A DNA stretch of 64,000 bases from an uncultured Chloroflexia bacterium (GCA_963774265.1 CAVZDU010000007.1:504683-568682); one strand, 5' to 3'. Positions 9,226 through 19,669 are shown, counted from the first letter of the stretch. The notes: a model not told the origin generated them from the letters alone. Program-made: numbers and translations.

Positions 9226-11469
9226 ATGTCTAACACGCCGGTGACCGCAATTGGGGTTCTCACCAGCGGCGGCGATGCGCCAGGCATGAACGCCGCGCTG
9301 CGTGCGGTGGTGCGCACGGCTCTCAATCGTGGGGTCGCGGTCTACGCCATCTACGAGGGTTACCAGGGCATGGTGGATGGCGGCGACCGCATCCGCAACA
9401 TGGCCTGGGACGACGTGAGCGGCATTATGCAGCGCGGCGGCACGGTGATCGGCACGGCCCGCTGCGCCGCGTTTCGCACCCGCGAGGGCCGGCTCACCGC
9501 GGCCAGGAACCTGCTGGAACGGGGCATCGATCGCCTGGTGGTGATCGGCGGCGACGGGAGCCTGACCGGCGCCAACACGTTTCGCCAGGAATGGTCTTCG
9601 CTCCTCGCGGAGCTGGTGCGGACCGGCGCCGTGCCGGCCGAGCTCGCCGAGCGCCACGCCTATCTGAGCATCGCCGGCCTGGTCGGTTCGATCGACAACG
9701 ACTTCTACGGCACCGACATGACCATCGGCGCCGACACCGCGCTGCATCGCATCACCACCGCGCTCGATCAGATCAGCAGCACCGCGGTCAGCCATCGGCG
9801 CAGCTTCGTCGTCGAGGTCATGGGGCGCAATTGCGGCTACCTGGCCTTGATGAGCGGGCTGGCCGGCGGCGTAGACTACGCCTTTTTCCCGGAGCACCCG
9901 CCGAGCGTGGACGACTGGGAAACCCAGATGTGCGATCTGCTGAAGGCCGGCCGGGCTGCAGGCCGCCGCGACCTCACCGTGGTCGTTGCGGAGGGGGCGA
10001 GGGACAAAACCGGCAAGCCGATCACCGCCGAGTACGTGCGACAGGTGTTGGCCGACCGGCTGCACGAGGATGTCCGGTCAACGATCCTGGGTCATGTCCA
10101 GCGCGGCGGTGCGCCGAGCGCCTTTGACCGCTGGATGAGCACCCTGGTCGGCTACGCCGCGGTGGATGAGCTGCTGGCGGCCGGACCGGACAGTGAGCCG
10201 CAGATGATCGGCATGCGCTACAACCGCATCCGGCGACACCCACTGATGGAGTGCGTCCTCCAGACGCAGGAAGTGCCCAAGGCCATCGCTGCCCAGGACT
10301 ATGAGCGCGCCATGGCGCTGCGGGGAAACAGCTTCAACGAGGCATTCCGGACGTTTCGCACCTTGAGCCGGGCCCTGCCGCATCCTCCGCAACCCGACCA
10401 GCACCGCTTGCGGCTGGCGATCCTCACCGCGGGCGCATCCGCGCCAGGCATGAACACGGCCGTTCACGCGGCGGCCCGACTGGCCATCGACCAGGGGCAC
10501 GTCGTCCTGGGGGTGCAAAACGGCTTCCGGGGCCTGATCGAAGACGAGATCAAGGAATTCGACTGGATGAGCGTCCACGGCTGGGGCTCCATGGGGGGTT
10601 CGCAATTGGGGACCAGCCGCACCATCCCCACCGGACCCGAGATCGAGGCCGTCGCTGACACCGTGCGCAGGAACCATATCGACGGCCTGCTGGTCATCGG
10701 CGGCTGGTCAGCCTATGAGGCGGCCCACCGGTTGCACGGGGCACGCGACGAGTACGAGGCGCTCGGTATTCCCATCATCTGCATGCCGGCCGCGATCGAC
10801 AATAACCTGCCCGGCTCCGAGATCAGCATCGGCGCGGATACGGCGCTCAACACCATCGTGGACATCGTGGATAAGATCAAGCAGACCGCAGTGGCCACGC
10901 GGCGCTGCTTCGTGGTCGAGGTGATGGGCCGGCAGTGCGGCTATCTCGCGCTCATGAGTGCAATCGCAACCGGTGCGGAGCGCGCGTATCTGCCCGAGGA
11001 AGGCATCACCCTGAACGACCTTGTGCTCGACCTTGCTGCCATGAAGAAAAGGTTCCGGGGGGGTCAGCGCAAGACCGTCCTGATCCGGAACGAACAGGCC
11101 AACCCCCTCTACACGGCGAACTTCATGGCCGCGCTGTTCGAGGAGGAGGGCGGGGACTTGTTCGATGTGCGCCAGGCGAGCCTGGGCCACGTGCAGCAGG
11201 GCGGCGATCCCTCGCCGTTCGACCGAATCCAGGCGACCCGGCTGGCGGCGCGCTGCGTGACATTCCTGGTCGAAAACGCCAGCCAGGACGCGGCTGCTGC
11301 ATCCGCCCGCGGCGTGGTCATCGGCCTGGAGAACGGCCACGTGACCATTCACGACCTGGATACCATTGCAGAGCAGGCCGACCTGGCGCACATGCGGCCC
11401 ATCGAGCAGTGGTGGCTGGAGCTGCGGCCCATCGCACGGTTGATGGCTCACCTGGATGAGGCAGGCTGA
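9226..11469 (+). CDS. pfkA: 6-phosphofructokinase, tandem-duplicated (eukaryote-type), 747 aa
   Basis: N-half VLTSGGDAPGMN, IGGDGSLTGA, GSIDND, EVMGRNCG, LGHVQRGG. C-half is a diverged copy: GASAPGMN, IGGWSAY, AAIDNN, EVMGRQCG, LGHVQQGG. Confidence 0.95.
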   Translation: MSNTPVTAIGVLTSGGDAPGMNAALRAVVRTALNRGVAVYAIYEGYQGMVDGGDRIRNMAWDDVSGIMQRGGTVIGTARCAAFRTREGRLTAARNLLERGIDRLVVIGGDGSLTGANTFRQEWSSLLAELVRTGAVPAELAERHAYLSIAGLVGSIDNDFYGTDMTIGADTALHRITTALDQISSTAVSHRRSFVVEVMGRNCGYLALMSGLAGGVDYAFFPEHPPSVDDWETQMCDLLKAGRAAGRRDLTVVVAEGARDKTGKPITAEYVRQVLADRLHEDVRSTILGHVQRGGAPSAFDRWMSTLVGYAAVDELLAAGPDSEPQMIGMRYNRIRRHPLMECVLQTQEVPKAIAAQDYERAMALRGNSFNEAFRTFRTLSRALPHPPQPDQHRLRLAILTAGASAPGMNTAVHAAARLAIDQGHVVLGVQNGFRGLIEDEIKEFDWMSVHGWGSMGGSQLGTSRTIPTGPEIEAVADTVRRNHIDGLLVIGGWSAYEAAHRLHGARDEYEALGIPIICMPAAIDNNLPGSEISIGADTALNTIVDIVDKIKQTAVATRRCFVVEVMGRQCGYLALMSAIATGAERAYLPEEGITLNDLVLDLAAMKKRFRGGQRKTVLIRNEQANPLYTANFMAALFEEEGGDLFDVRQASLGHVQQGGDPSPFDRIQATRLAARCVTFLVENASQDAAAASARGVVIGLENGHVTIHDLDTIAEQADLAHMRPIEQWWLELRPIARLMAHLDEAG

Positions 11470-11481
11470 CGGCAGATAGCA

Positions 11482-11515
11482 CGGAGCCCACGGGCCATGT
11501 AGTCCGTGGGCTCCG
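11482..11515. terminator. GC-rich hairpin after pfk (terminator or REP-like)
   Basis: CGGAGCCCACGGGC-catgta-GTCCGTGGGCTCCG; no U-tract. Confidence 0.5.
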
Positions 11516-11662
11516 ATCATGCCCCCTGGTTAACCCGGCTGCACGCCTTATCCCTCAGAATAGCCATGGCCCCAGCCGCGCCACCACGACCAACGCCAAC
11601 AACAGACCCGGAAACGCCAGCCAGATGTCGACGATGCGCGACCGGGTCGGGTTTCTGCGTGT

Positions 11663-11710
11663 TTGACAATGACCCTCGCTTTGCCGTATACTGTTAACTG
11701 TAAATTGTTT
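11663..11710 (+). promoter_or_regulatory. Sigma70-type promoter with overlapping TGTTAAC box
   Basis: TTGACA (11663-68), 18 bp, TATACT (11687-92); TGTTAAC at 11692-98. Confidence 0.7.
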
Positions 11711-11724
11711 TCAGGAGAGACGCC

Positions 11725-12888
11725 TTGAGCGCAATGACGCCTCGTCAGCGTGTGGAGGTTGCCCTCAACCACTGCGAGCCGGATCGCGTTCCGCTGGATC
11801 TTGGGACCGGCGGCAGCAGTTCTCCCGTCCCTGAAGCCTACGCCAGGCTGGCCGCCTACTTCAAGGTCACCGCGCCGGCTCGCCCCGTAACCCACATGTT
11901 GCGGCTCTCGACCGTCGATGAGACGATCTTGCGGGCGCTGGAGATCGACACGCGGCCGGTCTACATGCGTCCCACTCAACGTGGGATACGTCCGTGCAGC
12001 GAGCCGGATCATTTCTACGATGACTGGGGCGTGAAATGGCGCGCGGTGGACACGGGACTCTCGATCTTCCGGGAGATCGTCGAGAGTCCGTTGGCGGATG
12101 CCACGATCGATGACCTGGACGACTACCCCTGGTGGCCCGATCCCCTCGACCCCGCTCGTTACGCGGGTACGCGAGAAGATGCCCAACGACTATTTAACGA
12201 GACGGATTACGCGGTGATCGGCTGCCCCGGCTTCAACGGCGTCTGGGAACGGGCCTGGTATCTGTGCGGGTTCGAGCGGATGCTGGGCAGCCTGGTTGTG
12301 GATCCCGAGTTCGTTCACGCGGTGCTGCGACGCGTCACGGAGATCGGCAAGGCGGTCATGGCGCGCTACCTGGACCTGACCGGCTCCACCATCCAGATGA
12401 TCAAGATGGGCGACGACCTGGGCGCACAGGGCGGACCGCTGATGTCGCCGAAGACCTACCGGGCAGTCGTCAAGCCCTATCACAGGGAGCTCTTTGACGT
12501 TATTCGCCGACGCACGAAGGCGCGCATCTTTCTGCACACTTGCGGCAGTGTGTACCGGCTGTTACCCGACCTGATCGATGCGGGCGTCGAGGTGCTGAAT
12601 CCCGTGCAGGTGAGCGCGGCCGACATGGACACGCGGCGCCTGAAGGCCGAATTCGGCGACCGCCTGTCGTTCATGGGCGCCATCGATACCCAGCAGGTGC
12701 TGCCTTTCGGCACGCCGGACCAGGTGAAGCAGGAGGTGGAGCGCCGCATCGCCGATCTCGCGCCGGGGGGCGGCTACATCCTGGCGCCGGTGCACAACGT
12801 GCAGGCCGATGTGCCGCCGGAAAACCTGGTCACCATGTATCGACATGCGCGCGTCGTGGGGACGTATCCGGTCCGGACATTCAACTAA
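11725..12888 (+). CDS. Uroporphyrinogen decarboxylase-like (URO-D/MtaA/CmuA superfamily) protein
   Basis: MTPRQRV..ALNHCEPDRVPLDLG, DDWGV.W, GDDLGAQGGPLMSP, FLHTCGSV, LNPVQ, GAIDTQ, GGGYILAPVHN. Confidence 0.88.
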   Translation: MSAMTPRQRVEVALNHCEPDRVPLDLGTGGSSSPVPEAYARLAAYFKVTAPARPVTHMLRLSTVDETILRALEIDTRPVYMRPTQRGIRPCSEPDHFYDDWGVKWRAVDTGLSIFREIVESPLADATIDDLDDYPWWPDPLDPARYAGTREDAQRLFNETDYAVIGCPGFNGVWERAWYLCGFERMLGSLVVDPEFVHAVLRRVTEIGKAVMARYLDLTGSTIQMIKMGDDLGAQGGPLMSPKTYRAVVKPYHRELFDVIRRRTKARIFLHTCGSVYRLLPDLIDAGVEVLNPVQVSAADMDTRRLKAEFGDRLSFMGAIDTQQVLPFGTPDQVKQEVERRIADLAPGGGYILAPVHNVQADVPPENLVTMYRHARVVGTYPVRTFN

Positions 12889-12908
12889 ATAACCTTTGCG
12901 AGGTCATC

Positions 12909-13589
12909 ATGGCAAGATTTACTCGGCTCGAAGTGCTCAACACCATCATCGACAGCGGCCTGGTGCCGGTCTTTTACAACGGCGATGTTGAGGTCACCAA
13001 GAAGGTCGCCTGGGCGATCTCGACCGGCGGCTGCCGGCTGTTGGAGTTCACCAACCGCGGTGATTTCGCACCGGAGGTGTTCAAGGAGTTGTCCCGCTAT
13101 TGCCAGCGGGAGCTGCCCAGCATGATCCTGGGCGTCGGTTCCGTGCTGGATGCGCCGACTGCGGCCCTCTACGTGGCCTACGGCGCCAATTTCGTGGTCG
13201 GCCCTTACACGAACGCGGAGGTCGCCCGTTTCTGCAACCGGCGCAAGATCTCCTACAGCCCCGGCTGCGGCAGCGCCACAGAGATCGGCGACGCGGAGGA
13301 GCTGGGGGTGGAGATCGTCAAGGTGTTCCCGGGTGATTCCGTCGGCGGTCCGGGTTTCGTCAAGGCCATGCTTGGCCCGTGTCCCTGGACGCGAATCATG
13401 CCGACCGGCGGGGTGCAGGCGACGCGGGAGGGGCTCACTTCCTGGTTTAAGGCCGGCGTGGCTGCGGTCGGCATCGGCGGTGACCTGATCAAAAAGGAGT
13501 ACCTCGATACCGGCAATTACGACGCGATGGCGGCCAGGACGGCAGAGATTCTGGCGTTGATTCGTGAGGTCCGGGGGAAGGCATCATAA
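12909..13589 (+). CDS. eda: KDPG/KHG aldolase
   Basis: GLVPVFY, LEFTNRG, LGVGSVLD, GANFVVGP, VKVFPG, IMPTGGV. True start is ATG 12909, inside the longer 12540 ORF. Confidence 0.9.
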   Translation: MARFTRLEVLNTIIDSGLVPVFYNGDVEVTKKVAWAISTGGCRLLEFTNRGDFAPEVFKELSRYCQRELPSMILGVGSVLDAPTAALYVAYGANFVVGPYTNAEVARFCNRRKISYSPGCGSATEIGDAEELGVEIVKVFPGDSVGGPGFVKAMLGPCPWTRIMPTGGVQATREGLTSWFKAGVAAVGIGGDLIKKEYLDTGNYDAMAARTAEILALIREVRGKAS

Positions 13590-13692
13590 GCACTCGCCGA
13601 AGAATACCGTCTTCTTAATCACTGCCGTGCTCGACCTCCTGCCCCTTCGCATGCCAGGCTCCCTCAAAGGCAAGTGCCCGGCACGCCCCTAA

Positions 13693-15628
13693 CGTAAGTC
13701 TTGCGCAATCAGAGCCCGAATCGCTTGCGGGCTGACGATTTCATCATTTGCGGTGCTATCAAACATGGTTAACCTTCTCGCTGTGGAGGAGGCGCCATGG
13801 ACCAGAGCACCAGCACTTTGACAACCGACGAGACGAATCCGACGCAGCATGCGATGGTCATCGTCTGGGGCCACTTTGCCCGGACGATTGGGCTGTTGGA
13901 GCGGCTGGCTCAGGTGCCGATTGCCCAGAAGGCGGTGATCCGTGCGCCGCACGAGAAGCTGGTCGAGTTGTTGCTTGGCCTGCTGACCGGCATCGAGTAC
14001 CTGACCGATCTGAGCGAAGGGGCGGCGCCGCTGGCCCAGGACGCGGAGGTCGCGGCGGCTTGGCAGCTGCATCGCCTGGCGGATGCCAGTGGGGTCAGTC
14101 GTACGCTGTCGGCCTGCAATGAACAGACGGTCGCAGTGCTCGAAAGCGTGTTGGATGCCATGGGCCAGCCGTTTCTGGACCGTGCCGTGAGCGACTTGCG
14201 GCAGCGCCAGGCGACGCTGGTGCTGGATGCGGATTTGACCGGCCGCCCGGTGAGTTCGACCAGCCAGACCTTTCCCGGCGCCGCCTTCGGCTACATGGAT
14301 GGCGAAGTGCGCCTGGGCTACCAGTTGGCCGAGATTTGCCTGCACACCGCCCTGTTCGGGCGGCAGTGGCTGAGTGCGCAACACCATCCGGGGGACACGG
14401 TTTCCGCGCCGTGCCTGTTGGACTTGGTACAGGCGGCCGAACGCCGGCTGGGGTGCCATCCACGCCGACGGACCGAGTTGATCCAGCAGCGCATCCAAGC
14501 CTGCGACAGGCCATCCAGGCGGTGTTGCGCCAGACGACCGCCGCCAACAAGCGCGTGACCCATCTGACAGCACGGATCGCGCGTTTGAGCGAGCAGATTC
14601 AGGACGCTGAGGGCCACATCCAAACGCTGCGGACCCAACCGGCATCGCGACGCCAAGCTGGCCCCTACAGCCAGCTCAATCGGCTGCATCAAGCAGCAGA
14701 CGGGATGGCAGGCGCAACGGGTGCGGGCCCAGGCGCAACTGACCCAGGCTGCGGCCGTCGCCGAACGCCAGCGGCAACGGCTGGTTGCGGAGGCGCAGAC
14801 CTACCAGGCGGAGCGCCAGCGGCTGCAAGCCTGCTACGAACGCCTGTGTGCGGAAAACGCCCAGCAACCCAACGCGCCACGCTGCAAGATCCGCTTGGAT
14901 GCTGGCTTTACCACGGGTGCGAACCTGACCGAGTTGATCGAACTGGGCTACGACATCGACACCAAGTCGGCCAATCCAGCCGTCGTGCAGGCGTTGCGCA
15001 ACCGGGTCACGGCCGAGACGTCCTGGACCGCCGTCGGCAAGAATGCGGAAATGGTCAGTTGGCCCGGTTACCAGATTCATGGCTGTCCCTACCCTCTGCG
15101 GGTCGGGCTGGAGCGCTTTCACACGCCGCAAGGCGTGTTGCATGCGGTGCTGATCCGCTACCAGGACGATCCACCCGCGTCCGATCTCGATCTGACGCAG
15201 TGGTTTCACGATTACAACGGCCGCCAGACCATCGAGGCCGGCAACAAGGAGGAGAAAACGACCTTCAAAGTCCAACACCTGATGAGCCGCAGCCCGGCGG
15301 GCATCCGCATCCAGGCCTTGTTGACCGTCTTTGCCGCCAATTTCGTGCGCTGGGCTGACGAATGGATCCGGCCGCGGATCGAGCAGTCCACCCGCCGCTT
15401 TGACGGCGTCCTGAGCAGCCCTAAACGCCTGGTGCGCATCGCCGCCAACAGCCCGGCCAGTATCGAACGCACCGCTGACCGCGAACGGTCCGCTTCAGCC
15501 CATCTCAGCAGCTTCGACGGCGTCGTGATTGCGCTGTCGGGCAGTGTCGGGCGGCAGTTGTCGCTCTTCGCAAATGATCATTTTTCAAGCGCCTAAGCGA
15601 TTAGGCCTCTGGTTGCGCAAGACTTACG
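13693..15628 (+). mobile_element. Insertion sequence, about 1.94 kb, DDE transposase (IS1380/IS4-like, family uncertain)
   Basis: Terminal IRs CGTAAGTCTTGCGCAATCAGAGCCCGAATCGCTT and the reverse complement of AAGCGATTAGGCCTCTGGTTGCGCAAGACTTACG. CTAA direct repeat at 13689-92 and 15629-32. Confidence 0.9.
13797..15596 (+). CDS. DDE transposase with long coiled-coil insertion; frameshifted
   Basis: LVLDADLTGRPVS..AAFGYM, IRLDAGF, YNGRQTIEAGNKEEK; Gln/Arg/Ala-rich helical stretch at about 14480-14870. Confidence 0.8.
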
Positions 15629-15661
15629 CTAATCCACAGCAATCTTTACAACCACTTTCCT

Positions 15662-16810
15662 TTATCTTGACGCCTTCACGCCACCTCCCGCCAGCGCCCG
15701 TTTGACCTCGGCCAATACGACCCGCTCGTCGACCATCGTGATGTCACCAGGGGTCTCCTGCACGAGGATGCCGTGCGCCGCGCCCCATTGGACCGCGGTC
15801 GCCAGGTCCTGGCCCTTGAGCAGCGCAGCCAGCACGCCCGACATAAACGAATCGCCGCCGCCGGTGCGATCGCCGATAGGGACGGCCGTGCGCAGCGACG
15901 CGGCATAGAAGGTGTCGGCTGCGATATCATAGAGGACGGCGCCCCAGTCGATGGCGTCGGCGCTGGTGGCGCCCCGCCACTGGGTCCCGATCAGGCTCAG
16001 GTTGGGGAAGTCGCTGGCCACTTTGCGCACGGTGCCCTTGTACGCCTCCAGCCACTCTTCGAACGGCGCCTTGGACGGCGCCCTGGTCTCGTATCCCAGC
16101 GCATCGCTCAGATCGGAATCGTTGCCGACAAGAAAGCCGAGGTGGGGCGCGATGGCCTGGTTGATCTCGCGAGCCCGCGCCTTGTTCGGCTCGACCTTCG
16201 AGCGGTAGTTCAGGTCCGCGGCAACGAAGGTGCCGTGATCGTTGGCCTTTTTGACCCCGTCAATGGCCAGCCCGGCCGAGGTGGGCGAGATCAGCGTGAA
16301 GATGCCGCCGGTGCTGAAGACGCGCACGCCTTCGGCGCCGAACAGCGTGTCCCAGTCGATGTCGCCTTCCTTCAGCTCGCGGACAGCTGCATGGGCTCGA
16401 TAGTACATCGTATCAGAGGGCAGGATGCCCTTGCCGGCGTAGGTGAAGTGGACGCCGTTCATCAGCGTTCCCTTTTGGTCGGTGGAGAAGCGGCTGCCGT
16501 CGTTCTTTGTGTTGAACCAGATGATTTTGCTTGTGTCCACGCCGGCGGCCCGCAGTTGATTGCGGATGTTTGTGCCGATGTGATCGTCCACGAGCCCGGT
16601 CAACACAGCCGTCCGCAGCCCGAAAGTGTACGCCAGACCGCAGGCGACGTTCGTCTCGCCGCCGCCCTGGAAGATGCGCAGGTGTCGCGCGAGTGGCATG
16701 GGCACATCGAACGGGTCAAACCGCAGCATCACCTCACCCAGCGCGACGCCGTCGTAGCGACAGGCGTTTGCTGGCTTCATTTCACCGTAAGGCACAACTT
16801 TCTGCGTCAT
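15662..16810 (-). CDS. kdgK: 2-keto-3-deoxygluconate kinase (PfkB family)
   Basis: LGEVMLRFDP, GGGETNVA, DLNYRSK, DRTGGGDSFMSG; convergent with eda. Confidence 0.85.
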   Translation of the reverse strand: MTQKVVPYGEMKPANACRYDGVALGEVMLRFDPFDVPMPLARHLRIFQGGGETNVACGLAYTFGLRTAVLTGLVDDHIGTNIRNQLRAAGVDTSKIIWFNTKNDGSRFSTDQKGTLMNGVHFTYAGKGILPSDTMYYRAHAAVRELKEGDIDWDTLFGAEGVRVFSTGGIFTLISPTSAGLAIDGVKKANDHGTFVAADLNYRSKVEPNKARAREINQAIAPHLGFLVGNDSDLSDALGYETRAPSKAPFEEWLEAYKGTVRKVASDFPNLSLIGTQWRGATSADAIDWGAVLYDIAADTFYAASLRTAVPIGDRTGGGDSFMSGVLAALLKGQDLATAVQWGAAHGILVQETPGDITMVDERVVLAEVKRALAGGGVKASR

Positions 16811-16863
16811 AGGTCGATCCTCATAGTTCTATGGATTCAGGCTGCGCCCTTGAGCGGTCCCAA

Positions 16864-17739
16864 CTATGATTCCGCGACGACAGGGTTTTCCAGCACGCCG
16901 ACCTTCTCGATCTCGATGCGCACGACATCGCCCGGACGCAGCCAGCGCGGCGGGGTGCGTGCGGCGCCGATGCCGGCGGGCGTACCGGTGGCGATCACAT
17001 CGCCCGGCTCCAAGGTCATCACCTGGCTCATGTCGGCTATCAAGTGGGCCACAGAGAAGATCATCAGGCTGGTGTGGCCTTCTTGCAGCACCTCGCCGCC
17101 GATCACGGTGCGCAACCACAGGTTCTGGACATCAGGAATTTCGTCCGCGGTCACTAGGGCCGGTCCCATGGGGCAGAAAGTATCGGGGGTTTTGCCGATG
17201 ACCCACTGACTGGTGCGATTCTGCCAGTCGCGGGCGGTGACATCGTCGAGCGGAATGTACCCGGCCACGTAGTCCAGGGCATCAGCCTCGGGGATGTTGC
17301 GGCCGCGGCGGCCGATCACGACCGCCAGCTCGCCTTCATAATCCGGCTTCTCCACCGCGGTCGGGATGCAGATCGGCTCACCATGTGCGATCACGCTGTT
17401 GGCGTATTTGGCGAAGATGATGGGGAAGGGCGACGCCGAGGCGTTGGTTTCGTGCGCATGCGCGAGGTAGTTCTGGCCGATGCAGATGATCTTGCCTGGC
17501 CGCGGGATCGGCGCTTTGAGGGTAACCTCTGCCAGGGCCAGTCCTTGATCTGGGGCCGCGGTCGCCAGGGTTTCGCGCGCCAGGGCGAGCGCATCCGGGC
17601 CGGCCTCGAGCAAGGCCAACATGTCGGCAGGCAGGTGGGGTTCCAGACGATTCAGGTCGTACACCCGCTCGTGTCCGTCGATGGCGACCAGCGCACCCAG
17701 ACGGGGGCGCCCCTCGTGGACGAATGTGATGAGTTTCAT
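16864..17739 (-). CDS. Fumarylacetoacetate hydrolase family protein
   Basis: KIICIGQNY.AHA, DYEGELAVVIG, DVTARDWQ, GKTPDTFCPMGP, LEPGDVIATGTPAG. Confidence 0.92.
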   Translation of the reverse strand: MKLITFVHEGRPRLGALVAIDGHERVYDLNRLEPHLPADMLALLEAGPDALALARETLATAAPDQGLALAEVTLKAPIPRPGKIICIGQNYLAHAHETNASASPFPIIFAKYANSVIAHGEPICIPTAVEKPDYEGELAVVIGRRGRNIPEADALDYVAGYIPLDDVTARDWQNRTSQWVIGKTPDTFCPMGPALVTADEIPDVQNLWLRTVIGGEVLQEGHTSLMIFSVAHLIADMSQVMTLEPGDVIATGTPAGIGAARTPPRWLRPGDVVRIEIEKVGVLENPVVAES

Positions 17740-17778
17740 GGGTCTCTGCTCCGTTGCGATAAGAAGATGGGGCGGTAT

Positions 17779-18511
17779 TCAGTCACTTTGTCTGGCGGCC
17801 TCGCGCTCCTGGTCCGCACCAGTGCGCGCTGGCTCATAATTCCGGTTCACCAGATCGTACCCAAAGGTCATGTGCGCTTCGGTCACGTCCAGCGCCTGCT
17901 GCTTGTCACCTGCCTTGACCGCGTCCAGGATCTGTTGGTGGCCCCGCACGGCTGCATCGCTGAAATGGGGGCTGGCGACGTTCCGGCTGAGCATGAGCAC
18001 GTAAACCTGGGGCCGCAACATGGCCCAGAAGTCCAGCAACCGTTGATGCCGGCTGGCTGAGTACAGCGCGTCGTGAAAGCACAGGTCCAACTCAGCCGCC
18101 TCTTTCTCGTCGATACCCCGTTCGATGGCGCCGGCCATGGCAGCCACTACGCCTTGCACTTTGTCAATATCTTCCGGTGTCGCCCGCATGCAGGCGTATT
18201 CGATCGCCAGCCGCTCGAGGGCGTGGCGCAGGCTGAAAACCTCGTCGAAATCCCTGCGTGAGAGGCGCGCTGACGCGGGTGCGCCCGGTGGGGGTCACCA
18301 TGACCAGGCCTTCGCGTTCGAGGAGGCTCAATGCCTCACGAATCGGCCCCCGGCTGACGCCCATCAGCTCCGAAAGCGCGGCTTCGCGCAAGGGCTCCTC
18401 GGGCGCCAATTGCCCGCCCAGGATCGCGTTGCGCAGTCGCTCCGCCACTTCGGCGGCAAGCGAGCGCTTGACGGTGGGAGCCAAGATCTGGGCCAGATTT
18501 TCGTTGTGCAT
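17779..18511 (-). CDS. GntR (FadR/FCD) family regulator; one frameshift near 18270
   Basis: SLAAEVAERLRNAILGGQL.P..L.E..LSELMGVSRGPIREAL..LEREGLV; FCD part ELDLCFHDALY..GHQQILDA. Confidence 0.85.
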
Positions 18512-18621
18512 GGCGCCTTTTCCTGACCGGCTGCGAGGATGGGAGCCATCGTTTTGCTGCGGTGAAAGGCCAGTCCACGACAATTGGACGACTCGTGCAA
18601 GACATCTCAGACAGTAAACAG

Positions 18622-18682
18622 AAAATTGTTAACCATTTACGGTCTACAGTGAGATTCTAGCATACCCGCCCGTGCATGTCAA
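18622..18682 (-). promoter_or_regulatory. Sigma70-type promoter for gntR-FAH-kdgK with downstream TGTTAAC box
   Basis: Minus strand TTGACA (18682-77), 17 bp, TAGAAT (18659-54); ATTGTTAACC at about 18625-34. Confidence 0.65.
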
Positions 18683-18772
18683 GGGGTTTGTGATGATTCG
18701 ACTCGTTAGTTTTGGCGCAAACGTAGCCTCGCGCCGCCCGTGGCAGCCGCGGGCGGCGCGAGGCTACGGACG

Positions 18773-19669
18773 TCAGATTGAAGCCACGAAAGCGTCGATT
18801 GTGGCCCGCTGTTCCGCCGTCAACGGCTGTAGGGGAGACACGGTCAGGCCCGAACCGATGCCGAGCCGTGATACCGCGTACTTGATGCCGGAAAGCCACT
18901 GGTCTCCGGCAAGCGCTACAGACTGGCGCACCGCGGCAATGCGCTCAGCGCAGCGGGCCAGCTCCGCTTCGTCGCCGGCGCATGCCGCGCGGTAGGCGCC
19001 GAGAAACGCCTGGGGATCCACATTCGAGCATCCCGGCACGATTCCGACCGCGCCTGCCTTCAACGCCGCCGCCATGTGCCGCTCATCCCCCTGGAGCACG
19101 CTCAAGCCGACCGCCGGGCCCTCATCGATCAGGCGCTTCAGGTAGGCCAGGTCTCCGGAGCTCTCCTTGATCCTACGGATCCAGCCTCTCCACGCCAGTT
19201 CGATGACCACCTCTGCCGGAATCACCGACGAGGTGCACGACGGGATGTTGTAAGCAATAACGTCCATCCCCCCGGCATGATTCACGCACTCGCCGAACAG
19301 GCGCAGGAACTCTTCAGGATGGCGCAGCGTGAGGTAATAGGTGGGTGTGACGACGCAGTGTCCATAGCCCAGGTCGCGGAGCATCCGCACCTTCACCAGA
19401 ACGCGCTGGGTCGATGTGTCCATAGCACCGCCCAGCAGGTAGGCCTGCTCGCCGACCTCATCCCGCGCAATCGTCACCATGCGCTCCCACTCGTGGTCGG
19501 TCAGCAGCGGTCCCTCGCCGGCCGACCCGCCGACGAAGATCCCATGGATTCCCGCGCCGATCAGACGTTGTACCTGCCGGCGGAACGCCGGCTCGTCGAC
19601 CCGGTCATCATCGTCCACCGGCGTGATGATGGGAGTCACAACTCCGTGAAGTTCACCTGTTGCCATCAT
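18773..19669 (-). CDS. DHDPS/NAL family class I aldolase or dehydratase
   Basis: GVVTPIITP, FVGGSAGEG, VTPTYY, AYNIP, IKESSGD. Confidence 0.9.
   Translation of the reverse strand: MMATGELHGVVTPIITPVDDDDRVDEPAFRRQVQRLIGAGIHGIFVGGSAGEGPLLTDHEWERMVTIARDEVGEQAYLLGGAMDTSTQRVLVKVRMLRDLGYGHCVVTPTYYLTLRHPEEFLRLFGECVNHAGGMDVIAYNIPSCTSSVIPAEVVIELAWRGWIRRIKESSGDLAYLKRLIDEGPAVGLSVLQGDERHMAAALKAGAVGIVPGCSNVDPQAFLGAYRAACAGDEAELARCAERIAAVRQSVALAGDQWLSGIKYAVSRLGIGSGLTVSPLQPLTAEQRATIDAFVASI

Noticed and set aside
12540-12908. N-terminal extension of the aldolase ORF
   Set aside because: Overlaps the URO-D-like gene in another frame; homology starts at ATG 12909.
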